From positions 1 to 48,290 of IMG/VR virus record IMGVR_UViG_3300037601_000122: DNA of 48,290 bases, one strand, 5' to 3'. The notes under the pieces are model-generated. The model was not told where the DNA came from, did no database searches, and saw nothing but the letters and a program-made list of their open reading frames with translations. Positions 35,911 through 43,626 of the stretch are shown here, piece after piece. Position 1 is the stretch's first letter, and each line of letters opens with the position of its first letter. The position numbers were made by a program, and so were the translations under genes. This DNA is from a virus. Lineage: Duplodnaviria > Caudoviricetes.

Positions 35911-37718
35911 GCTACTGCCCTTTCATCAATTTCCAGCGCATCGACCATGGCTATGCGAGTGCCGATGACCCGCATGACATTGACAGCCATGGAATTGCCG
36001 AGGGCTTTGTATCGAGGGCCGTCCGCAGCGGGCTTGCCGCGATACGGGATGGCAGTGAAATCGTCCGGAAATCCCTGAAGCCGCTCACATTCCCTTGGGG
36101 TAAGACGACGCACCGCCCAAGCCTCGGCAACGCATGGCTGGCCCTGTCCCGGCTTCCCGCCACCTGTGGTCAGCTGGGGCGATATAGCGCCGTCACCACC
36201 CTGCAAGCGGAGTTCGCCGCGGCTGTTCTCGGCAAAGGCAACTGCCTGCACTTCGGCGCGGGCTTCGACGGTATAGGCGATATCGGATTGGATGCCGACG
36301 CCATCGGGGCCGCTGGACGGGTTTTCGCGGGTCGCACCGGCTTGAATGCCATAGGCAACCGCACCGACGCCAAGACCGCCACGCCCGCCGTTCGGGGTCA
36401 GAATGGCGTTCGCTGTGCCGTCCTGGCGGGTTTCGAGGTTTGGGCCATCGCCGCGACCGCGCTCCATAAGAACGATCGGTTCGGCAATCACATCGCCGCC
36501 GCGGGCACTTGGGGCGCCGCCCTGCGCGGTCAACGCCTGGGCATATGACGCCTCGCGGGCGTTGAAGTCCTTGTTCGAGTTGGAAGGCGTGATGTTGTAG
36601 GCAACAGGTTCGGCAACCAGGTTGCTGTCATCCTCTTGGCGCCGGCCGGCATAGCCGCCCTTCCCAGCACTCTCGGCACCACGTGTCAGCGAGGCGGCTA
36701 CAACGGGTACGATCGGCGTTCCTCTGCCTGTGCCATCTTCGCTGGCGTCAAAGCCTTCACCGCGCAGCGCGTGTGCCACCAGCAAGCCTTCCCGGCTCTC
36801 ATGGTCGCCATATGGATTGCTGGTGATGGCTGGCGCGGCGGCGGTCGCGATCAGCGTCTCCGTCTCCGTCTCCGTCTCCGCGTCGAGGCTTTGCTGGGCG
36901 GATGCAGTCAAGCAATATCCGACATCGCCGGAATTCGCGATCAGTCCGCCGTCTGGTGCTCGTGCCCGCACCATTCGCATGTCGGCCACCAGGTCGCCGC
37001 GTTCTGCTCGCCGCATTTCTGGCACCGAAAGTCCGGGCGCGCCGGCGACGAGCCCGCCGTCAAGGTCGAAGTCTGTCCCGAGGCCGCCACCGCCAGTAGG
37101 GCGGCTGCTAATTGTGGGGGCAACTCTTTGCCCCGCTTGTCGGCGCGGCGCAGGATCCCCGCGCAAGCTCGTGCCGTCAAATAGTACCGCTGCGGCACGT
37201 CGCCAGTCTCCAAGATATCCGACAACGAACACACGGCGTCGGCGTTGTGGGACCGCCCACTCGTATCCATGTGCTCGACAGAACTGAGCGTCCAGCACTC
37301 GGTAGGCGAACCCATACCCGAGTTCGCCCAGCCCCCTGAGGAGGGTGCCAAAATCCCGTCCTCCGTTGCTGGACAGAACACCGGGGACATTCTCCCAGAC
37401 CAGCCAGCGGGGCCGATATCGTGCAGCAATGGCAAGATAGGTGAGCATGAGGTTGCCGCGGGGGTCAGCCAGTCCGGCTCGGAGGCCGGCGACTGAGAAC
37501 GACTGGCAGGGTGTTCCTCCGACAAGAAGGTCAATTGCATGGTCGCCCCACTCCTGAAATTTCGTCATGTCGCCCAGGTTGGGGACGTGCGGGTAATGGT
37601 GCGCCAGCGCGGCGCTCGGAAACTTCTCGATCTCGGAAAAGAACACCGGTTCCCAGCCCAGCGGATGCCAGGCCATGGTTGCGGCTTCGATGCCACTGCA
37701 CACGCTGCCGTACCTCAT
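35907..37718 (-). CDS. C5-cytosine DNA methyltransferase (large subunit)
   Basis: SVCSGI, GGTPCQSFS.AG, ENVPG, PQRRRRVF, RRLTPRECERLQGFPD and YKALGNS; very long variable region. Confidence 0.95.
   Translation of the reverse strand: MRYGSVCSGIEAATMAWHPLGWEPVFFSEIEKFPSAALAHHYPHVPNLGDMTKFQEWGDHAIDLLVGGTPCQSFSVAGLRAGLADPRGNLMLTYLAIAARYRPRWLVWENVPGVLSSNGGRDFGTLLRGLGELGYGFAYRVLDAQFCRAHGYEWAVPQRRRRVFVVGYLGDWRRAAAVLFDGTSLRGDPAPRRQAGQRVAPTISSRPTGGGGLGTDFDLDGGLVAGAPGLSVPEMRRAERGDLVADMRMVRARAPDGGLIANSGDVGYCLTASAQQSLDAETETETETLIATAAAPAITSNPYGDHESREGLLVAHALRGEGFDASEDGTGRGTPIVPVVAASLTRGAESAGKGGYAGRRQEDDSNLVAEPVAYNITPSNSNKDFNAREASYAQALTAQGGAPSARGGDVIAEPIVLMERGRGDGPNLETRQDGTANAILTPNGGRGGLGVGAVAYGIQAGATRENPSSGPDGVGIQSDIAYTVEARAEVQAVAFAENSRGELRLQGGDGAISPQLTTGGGKPGQGQPCVAEAWAVRRLTPRECERLQGFPDDFTAIPYRGKPAADGPRYKALGNSMAVNVMRVIGTRIAMVDALEIDERAVA
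36855..36880. repeat. (CGTCTC)4 hexamer tandem repeat
   Basis: Encodes ETETETET in the MTase variable region. Confidence 0.8.
36941..37540 (-). CDS. Nested alternate-frame MTase beta-like subunit with a C-terminal Zn ribbon
   Basis: AGGAG 10 nt before the ATG; W.NSGM...ECWTL...EH, CSLSDILE, YYL...AC.GILRRA..RG..LP..L..AL resemble M.EcoHK31I beta; ends CQKC..CEWC. Confidence 0.75.
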   Translation of the reverse strand: MQLTFLSEEHPASRSQSPASEPDWLTPAATSCSPILPLLHDIGPAGWSGRMSPVFCPATEDGILAPSSGGWANSGMGSPTECWTLSSVEHMDTSGRSHNADAVCSLSDILETGDVPQRYYLTARACAGILRRADKRGKELPPQLAAALLAVAASGQTSTLTAGSSPARPDFRCQKCGEQNAATWWPTCEWCGHEHQTAD

Positions 37719-37951
37719 GCCGACCGCCCCGCAACGGTATCGATGGCTTTCTGGACTTCACGGTTTCGGAATTTTGCCGGGACGTAGAGGCCAGCCGCCG
37801 ACATGTCCGACACCAGTTTGTCAGTGATGTCAGGCTTGTGTTCCTTCGCGCAGAAGCGTCCGCATTCGCAGCGGGGCTGTGCCATCTGCTGGGGCTTGCT
37901 CGCGAGAAGGCGGTTGAGCCACGCGGGTAAAGCCGGAGTAAAAGCGTGCAT
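37715..37951 (-). CDS. Small hypothetical protein
   Basis: GGAGG RBS, R.C.CGRF, ATGA coupling to the MTase. Confidence 0.6.
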   Translation of the reverse strand: MHAFTPALPAWLNRLLASKPQQMAQPRCECGRFCAKEHKPDITDKLVSDMSAAGLYVPAKFRNREVQKAIDTVAGRSA

Positions 37952-37981
37952 GGTCAGTCCTCCGTTCGAGGGGTGGATCGT

Positions 37982-38413
37982 TTAGTCGGCTGGTTCGGAA
38001 GCCGGTCGCGCTTCCTGGCGCGCCGCAATTCCAAGAAACTCTTCCAGTTCAGCCACAAGCCGGTCACGAGACGGACTGGATGGAAGCGCCCGAAGCGCGA
38101 TGAGGTTTTCGGCACTCTTCGCCTCCACGGATATGATCAGGCGCTCGTGAGCGGCCATCAGCTTGAAATAAGGGGATGCATCGATGCCGGCGGGCGGGCG
38201 GTAACGCAGACGCCACAGCAGGCTGGGGCTGACGCCGGCCCAACGGGCAGCGGTGTGCATTGCGTTGTCCCGGCCAGAACCATGCAGGTCTTCGGCACGC
38301 TTCCACAGAGCCATTGCCCAGACTTTGGCGCGCTCGACCAGCGTTTCCGGCTCGAATTCGTTTGCGGTCAGATCAGTCAATTGTTGATCCTCTGGCAGTT
38401 CGATTTTGTACAT
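37982..38413 (-). CDS. Hypothetical DNA-binding protein
   Basis: AM..AARWAGVS...LWRLRYR HTH-like segment. Confidence 0.6.
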   Translation of the reverse strand: MYKIELPEDQQLTDLTANEFEPETLVERAKVWAMALWKRAEDLHGSGRDNAMHTAARWAGVSPSLLWRLRYRPPAGIDASPYFKLMAAHERLIISVEAKSAENLIALRALPSSPSRDRLVAELEEFLGIAARQEARPASEPAD

Positions 38414-38831
38414 TCGTCAAATGCCTTCCCGATAGTTTTTGAACCATCGGATGAAGGCTGAAACGAAAGGCGACGATGAAGATGGACACGACCAGAAGTG
38501 AGCTTGCGAAGGCCCTGGTTCGTGCAGGATTGCGCGGGGTCGGACGGGAATCCGGTCGCGCGAATGAGATGGCGAGTGCCCCGGTTGACGGGGAGGAGGA
38601 TCGCCAGCGGCGACACTCGCCTACGGCTGGGGAGGGTATCCAGCCGATGAGAATTCAAAGGGCCAGGGCCGAAGCCCCGGCGAGTGATGTTGTGGGACAG
38701 AAAGCCAATGATCCCAGCCCGGCACATGGCCGGCCAGTCCTGCGACTGGTTCATTGCAGCAGCAGGCTTCGACCGGTGCGATATGCCACCGGGCCAAGTC
38801 TGATGCTGATCCTGGGCGGGAAGCGCTGACA

Positions 38832-38951
38832 TCAGAAGCCACCCACCAGTCTCAGGACAAAGGCAGCAGAAGCCACAAGGCCAAGAGCCCCAGCCAATGC
38901 CCACAATGCAGGTGTGCCGTCGAAGCGGCCGATACGATTGGCGCGCATCAT
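38832..38951 (-). CDS. Small single-TM peptide (39 aa)
   Basis: [39 protein letters not shown]; TGATG overlap with the GapR gene. Confidence 0.45.
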   Translation of the reverse strand: MMRANRIGRFDGTPALWALAGALGLVASAAFVLRLVGGF

Positions 38952-39229
38952 CAGTGCTCCGGCGGGGCTTCAATCATGCCCAAGGCGGACATGTAGAGCT
39001 CGAGCAGGGCGTCCTGTTCCATGCGCTCGTTCGCATCCTGCTTCCGGATGGTCACGAGCTTGCGCAGGATCTTGGTGTCGAAGCCGTTTCCTTTGGCCTC
39101 GGCATAGATTTCCTTGATGTCGGCAGCGATGGAGGCCTTTTCTTCTTCCATGCGTTCGATGCGCTCGATGAACGCGCGAAGCTGATCCTCGGCAACGCTG
39201 CCGCCATCGTGATTGGATGGATAAGACAT
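38951..39229 (-). CDS. gapR: GapR-like DNA-binding protein (DUF2312/UPF0335)
   Basis: [36 protein letters not shown].....RK.D....E...L.LY..ALG. Confidence 0.92.
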   Translation of the reverse strand: MSYPSNHDGGSVAEDQLRAFIERIERMEEEKASIAADIKEIYAEAKGNGFDTKILRKLVTIRKQDANERMEQDALLELYMSALGMIEAPPEH

Positions 39230-39688
39230 TCACATACCTCCAGCGGCCGCCGCCGGCGCATCCACGCCGAAGGCCCGTGCCATTATGAATTCGCGGATTT
39301 CGCGGGCGTGATCGCGGCAGCCCTTGGCCATCTTTTCCAGCTCGTCAGCACGAGCCGAAAGCTCCGCATCTGTGCATTGCTCGACCGGCACCAGCACCTG
39401 GTCGCCGTCGCGCTCAATCGGATAGGCGCGGCAAAGATGCTTGAAGCCGGGGAACAGCAACTGCTGCTCGGTCTGGTCATCAGCCTTGTATTTGCCGATT
39501 GCGGATTTCGCGATCCGGCACACTTCCTTGAAGGTGCAGACGCGATACCAGTCGGCGTCATCGCCCTGGATGCTGGCATGCTTCGCCAAGACCTCTTGGG
39601 CGATCCAGTGCACCTGCACGACTGCTCCGGCTTCTATCTTGCCGTCAATCAGCTTGTGGATCTCGGAGTTGATGTTGCCGCTGTCCAT
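39230..39688 (-). CDS. Hypothetical phage protein
   Basis: 152 aa within the operon; contains QLLFPGF. Confidence 0.7.
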   Translation of the reverse strand: MDSGNINSEIHKLIDGKIEAGAVVQVHWIAQEVLAKHASIQGDDADWYRVCTFKEVCRIAKSAIGKYKADDQTEQQLLFPGFKHLCRAYPIERDGDQVLVPVEQCTDAELSARADELEKMAKGCRDHAREIREFIMARAFGVDAPAAAAGGM

Positions 39689-39691
39689 GGC

Positions 39692-40354
39692 TCAGATCCT
39701 CGTGACGATCTTGTCGTGGACCGCGTCGATCCGCGCGATATTGCGCTTTACGCGGGCGCACTCTTTCGGCGCCAGGATGGGCAGCATCTCTTCCAAGTTC
39801 ATGGCTTCGACGGTGCGGGCGTATTCCTCGAATTCCGCCATGAAGTGCATGGCCTTGTTGAACTCGATGGAACTCCGGCCCTTGAGATCAATGATCGGCT
39901 TGCCGACTGGCTTGGTGCCCATCTCGGCGAGCTTGGTAACAGTTGGTGGAGCCTCGCTGTCGACCAGCTCTTCGAACTGCTCGGTCGGAACGTTGGCCGT
40001 GCGGATAGCCTGCTTAGCTTGGTGGGAGGAAAGCCCGGCGTCGGACGCAACCTCGGTGCGCGTCTCAACTTTAGGGTGGACGCCCTCCCTAATGTTTTGG
40101 TTCGCACCACGCTTCGGCTCGATCTGCTTCAGCAACTCCCCTGCACGACGAATAGCCCGCGCCTTGATGCGGGTAGCCATTTTCATCAGTTCTTCGTCTT
40201 GGGACTGCTTCGCATACGATGCCAGCGCTGCAGCCTTGTCAGCCCACGACTGGCATTCGTCCACGCTCACGCAGTTGTAGAGGGCTGTCTTCGCGTTTGC
40301 GTAGGTCTGGGGGAGCTTCGCCTGGGCGGCGCTGATGGGGGCAACTTCGTTCAT
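39692..40354 (-). CDS. Hypothetical phage protein with central HTH
   Basis: DKA.ALA.YAKQ..D......RI..RA.RR.GELL and A..AGLS..Q..QA.R.A.VP..FE. Confidence 0.75.
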   Translation of the reverse strand: MNEVAPISAAQAKLPQTYANAKTALYNCVSVDECQSWADKAAALASYAKQSQDEELMKMATRIKARAIRRAGELLKQIEPKRGANQNIREGVHPKVETRTEVASDAGLSSHQAKQAIRTANVPTEQFEELVDSEAPPTVTKLAEMGTKPVGKPIIDLKGRSSIEFNKAMHFMAEFEEYARTVEAMNLEEMLPILAPKECARVKRNIARIDAVHDKIVTRI

Positions 40355-40357
40355 GGT

Positions 40358-40591
40358 CTATGCCTCCACCACTTTGCAGCCAGCCGCGGCATCGAAGGCA
40401 GCACGGCATTTGCGGGCCTGGTCGACAGTGCCGGACCATGCATGCTTGGAATTGTCGGTGAGGAACTTGCCCGACCAGTGCAGCCACTGGTTGCCAGCGC
40501 GCAGCCTGACCATGCCGGTGCCGGTCTTGGTACTGACGCCAAACATCTTGTCGGCATTGGAAATCTTGGAGCGGATGGGATCTGCCAGCAT
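40358..40591 (-). CDS. Small hypothetical protein
   Basis: 77 aa within the operon; WLHWSG...T....AW.GT..QA. Confidence 0.6.
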   Translation of the reverse strand: MLADPIRSKISNADKMFGVSTKTGTGMVRLRAGNQWLHWSGKFLTDNSKHAWSGTVDQARKCRAAFDAAAGCKVVEA

Positions 40592-40594
40592 GAG

Positions 40595-40945
40595 CTATGC
40601 CCTCCCCGCCAGCGCGATGCCTCGGGTCTGACCCGGCATCATATTCAGCAGCCCCTTGTCGCAGAGGGCATGCACCACACGATGGGCACCGCTTGCACTG
40701 GAGAGGCCGCAGCCCCTGGCAATGTCGCGAAAGGATGGGGAATAGCCGTGCGTGGCGACAAAGCCCTGAACAAAATCCAGAACACCCGCCTGGAGCCGGG
40801 TCAGCCCAACCAGATGCGGCCGCCCGCGCAGTTCCTGATACGCCAGCGCCAGCAGTTCACGGTCATCTTCAACACCACGATGGGCGTCCATGAAGATTTC
40901 TGCCCATTCATAGGCTTCTGGGGTGATGTGATCTGGACAACTCAT
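40595..40945 (-). CDS. LexA DNA-binding-domain protein without a peptidase domain
   Basis: LT..Q..VL.F.......GYSPSFRDIA...GLSS.SG.HR....L..KG.L......R.I; ATGA overlap with cro. Confidence 0.8.
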   Translation of the reverse strand: MSCPDHITPEAYEWAEIFMDAHRGVEDDRELLALAYQELRGRPHLVGLTRLQAGVLDFVQGFVATHGYSPSFRDIARGCGLSSASGAHRVVHALCDKGLLNMMPGQTRGIALAGRA

Positions 40946-41145
40946 GCTGCGGCGCCTCCCGTTGCAAGGATGTCCGCCGCCCGCTCCATTGCGCGCCAGT
41001 TGTCCAACCTGGGAACGGTCGTGCCGTTCTTCCAGCGCGTCCACATGGACCGGTCGATTTCCGCCTGCCGCAACACGTCCGCAATACGGAGGCCACGATC
41101 CTGAACGGATTTCTCGAATGCAGCGATTTCATCAGCGGTGCTCAT
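40942..41145 (-). CDS. cro: Cro-like repressor
   Basis: Short HTH (A.VLRQAEIDRSMWTRWK.G...P), divergent from cI. Confidence 0.8.
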   Translation of the reverse strand: MSTADEIAAFEKSVQDRGLRIADVLRQAEIDRSMWTRWKNGTTVPRLDNWRAMERAADILATGGAAA

Positions 41146-41159
41146 GCCGTGCACCTTGT

Positions 41160-41207
41160 AGCATTAATGCATAGTCGTCAAGCATTAATGCACGGTGCAT
41201 TCCTGCA
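41160..41207. promoter_or_regulatory. cI/cro operator cluster
   Basis: AGCATTAATGCA at 41160 and 41181; TGCATTCCTGCA at 41196. Confidence 0.8.
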
Positions 41208-41228
41208 TTTGTCGGGTAGGCTCCAGAC

Positions 41229-41942
41229 ATGACCGACTTGAACAAAAATCAGCTCGCTTACATTCGGCGAGTTATGGAGCGCACCGGCCTGGCGCCCACG
41301 GCTTTGGCGCAAGCTGCCGGGGTGGCGTCAACGACGATCACACGCCCCCTGAATGACCCTGACTATGCATTCGAGATTTCGAACCGGACCATCAAGAAGA
41401 TCGAGGCGGCAACAGGCATCTCCTACGCTGATCATTCATCGCCTTCCGCCCCCAAGGAACTGACACGACGCACAGGCGGCACCGCGCCAGTCGTGGCGAC
41501 TGTTGAGGCTGGCGCCTGGCGAGAGGTCAACGAGCTCGACCAAGAAGACATGGAATGGGTCACTGTTCCGGCCGATGACAAATATCCCGACGCCACCCAG
41601 CGCGTGTTCGACGTCTCTGGGGACAGTATGAATCGACTGGACCCCTACCCCATTACCAATGGCTCCCGGATCGTCGCGATCGACTATGACGAGATCGCCA
41701 GCCGCGTGCCGCTACGTGACGGCCTGGTCGTTGTGGTGCAGCGCTCGAGGAATGGCGGCCAGGAACGCGAGCTAACCGTGAAGCAGGTCGCATGGTTCGA
41801 TGACCGGATAGAGTTTCAGCCTAGGTCCACCAATCCCAAGCACAAGCCTATCGTGGTGGAGCATGACAACTGGGAAGACAATGGGGTTGAGGTCGCCATT
41901 GTCGGGCTGGTGAGGGATATCATCCACAGGTTGCCGGGGTAG
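41229..41942 (+). CDS. cI: CI-like repressor (HTH + S24 autopeptidase)
   Basis: N-terminal HTH, VEAG cleavage-site motif, GDSM serine and TVK lysine. Confidence 0.92.
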   Translation: MTDLNKNQLAYIRRVMERTGLAPTALAQAAGVASTTITRPLNDPDYAFEISNRTIKKIEAATGISYADHSSPSAPKELTRRTGGTAPVVATVEAGAWREVNELDQEDMEWVTVPADDKYPDATQRVFDVSGDSMNRLDPYPITNGSRIVAIDYDEIASRVPLRDGLVVVVQRSRNGGQERELTVKQVAWFDDRIEFQPRSTNPKHKPIVVEHDNWEDNGVEVAIVGLVRDIIHRLPG

Positions 41943-42011
41943 CTATCACCAATAGGAGGCGTCCTGAGAGTGCTTGAGGGCAAAGACTGAGTTTCACGAC
42001 AAGGATTCCGG

Positions 42012-42851
42012 ATGGCAGCCGAGCCCTGGTACGAGTACGTCTTATATGTCGACGAAGCCGGCGATGCGGGCATCAGAACTGTGGCGCAAGGCAACAAGGG
42101 CTCCACAGACTGGTTTGCCATGGGGGGCTTCGTTACATCACGTGAAAACGAGCCAAAAATTGTTGACTGGGTAAGGGATGTTCGGCGCACTGCGGGGGCA
42201 TCGGACGGACTGGAGCTGCACTACAACACGCTAGACGCCGAACGCCGGATAGAGGCGGCATCAGCTGTGGCGTCGCTGCCAATCCGCGCGTTTACGGTGA
42301 TGTCTCATAAGGAGAACATGCGCGGGCATCACAACAAACGCGCAGCTTCCAGTGGCAGCAAGAACTACTACTACAATTTCTGTCTGCGAATTCTCTTGGA
42401 GAGGGCAACACAAGCAGTCGCAGATTATGGCCTGAGAAAATTTGGCGAGGTCAAGCCGATGAAAATCGTCGTCGCGATGACCGGCGGTGTCAGGTACGAC
42501 CTTACCGTGAAGTACATGGACAAGCTGCGAGCCCAGGCGATCACGGGGACTACATACCTCAATGCTGCAGTGATCCATCCGACCGTAGCTGCATCTTGGC
42601 TCTTCGAGCACGTAAACGCCAAGAACACAGCGGGCTGTCAGGTTGCGGATGTCATCGTCAGTTCGTTCTACAACGCGGTGAACGAACGCGGATCATGTCC
42701 ACTTTATGCGGGACCTGCAAAGTCAATGGACAAGATAATGGGGCGCCGCAATAACACCGTAGCAAATTGCGGCCTTAAGCTGTTGCCATGGGACGCGAAA
42801 ATACCCGAGCGCCACCGCGAAATATTCGCGCATTACGGCTACAAGTGGTAG
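42012..42851 (+). CDS. DUF3800-like protein (RNase H-like fold predicted)
   Basis: LYVDEAGD.G, F.MGG, ELHY and GCQVADVI.S pattern; directly downstream of cI. Confidence 0.8.
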   Translation: MAAEPWYEYVLYVDEAGDAGIRTVAQGNKGSTDWFAMGGFVTSRENEPKIVDWVRDVRRTAGASDGLELHYNTLDAERRIEAASAVASLPIRAFTVMSHKENMRGHHNKRAASSGSKNYYYNFCLRILLERATQAVADYGLRKFGEVKPMKIVVAMTGGVRYDLTVKYMDKLRAQAITGTTYLNAAVIHPTVAASWLFEHVNAKNTAGCQVADVIVSSFYNAVNERGSCPLYAGPAKSMDKIMGRRNNTVANCGLKLLPWDAKIPERHREIFAHYGYKW

Positions 42852-42965
42852 GCGGCGGACCCTGGCCTTCGTTGCACCGGGTGTCTTACAGGCCGCTCCT
42901 TTTGCGACCGTACATTCCGGTTGCCAGTTTCCCGACTGAAGGTAGTTCCAGCGTAGCCCGCCTAC
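42848..42965. ncRNA. Putative structured ncRNA associated with the DUF3800 gene
   Basis: Closing stem GTAGGCGG/CCGCCTAC encloses GGCCT/AGGCC, GCGACCG/CGGTTGC and CAGTT/GACTG stems. Confidence 0.55.
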
Positions 42966-43013
42966 GGAGAATCCTGCGCGTGTTCGCAGCGTTTGACAAG
43001 TGCTCTCATGCAG

Positions 43014-43328
43014 TCAATGCCTTCGGACATTGTCCGGATCGAAGTCCCGCAGCACCGTCTGGATTTCAGGGATGACGGCCGGGTCGAGCTTAACCAGGTA
43101 GATCTGATCCTTGTCCGTGCGCTCGCCGGGCTCAGGTGGCCGGTTCATAATTGGGATCACCGTAAACTCCTCTTCATCAGCGAACGGACCGAAGGGCTCG
43201 ATGCGGAAGCACATGCCGGGAAACTTCTCGGCCAGGTGCGCGAGCAGCATCGGCTCGGCCCATTCCACAGCCTTGCCCAGCATCGCCGGCGCCACCACGA
43301 TGAACTCGCTGACCTCATGCTGCGACAT
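43014..43328 (-). CDS. Acidic hypothetical protein
   Basis: GGAGG RBS; overlaps the upstream Zn-finger gene. Confidence 0.65.
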   Translation of the reverse strand: MSQHEVSEFIVVAPAMLGKAVEWAEPMLLAHLAEKFPGMCFRIEPFGPFADEEEFTVIPIMNRPPEPGERTDKDQIYLVKLDPAVIPEIQTVLRDFDPDNVRRH

Positions 43329-43542
43329 TGGAAGCCTCCTCCACTTTGAACGCTACGATTGAGGCATAGGGCGCCTCACAAGCCGGGCACCCGAATTTCA
43401 TCTCTCGGATCTCAGGGAATTCCATCAGCTCGTCGCCATCCGCCGGCGCCCCTGCCCCGGCCGGTAAAACCACACTCCGCTGATAGAGCTTCGCGCATCC
43501 GCCACAGCGGACGTGAAGCAAAACCGATGCTCCGTCACACAT
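43315..43542 (-). CDS. Small CxxC-CxxC protein, predicted LexA-regulated
   Basis: CGGC...CPAC; SOS box 16 bp upstream. Confidence 0.65.
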   Translation of the reverse strand: MCDGASVLLHVRCGGCAKLYQRSVVLPAGAGAPADGDELMEFPEIREMKFGCPACEAPYASIVAFKVEEASNVAA

Positions 43543-43557
43543 AGCCGCTTCTCGTTT

Positions 43558-43572
43558 GTTCCTGATCTGTTC
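43558..43572. promoter_or_regulatory. Alphaproteobacterial LexA (SOS) box
   Basis: GTTC-CTGATCT-GTTC. Confidence 0.75.
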
Positions 43573-43626
43573 TCATTAATGCGCAGAACAGAACGCGAGT
43601 CGAGTCGGTTTCTCATTTTGCACATG

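Noticed and set aside
36855-36880. Phase-variable on/off switch in the MTase
   Set aside because: The hexamer unit preserves the frame and lies outside the nested ORF.
35347-37718. Restriction-modification system
   Set aside because: No adjacent restriction endonuclease; both MTases sit in the early lytic operon, consistent with orphan anti-restriction enzymes.
38377-38832. ORFs on either strand in the gap upstream of 38413
   Set aside because: Low-complexity translations without motifs; the region is better explained as structured non-coding sequence, though a short gene cannot be excluded.
38897-41104. 735-aa plus-strand ORF
   Set aside because: Antisense shadow of six coherent minus-strand genes (gapR to cro); no motifs or RBS, and typical of high-GC codon bias.
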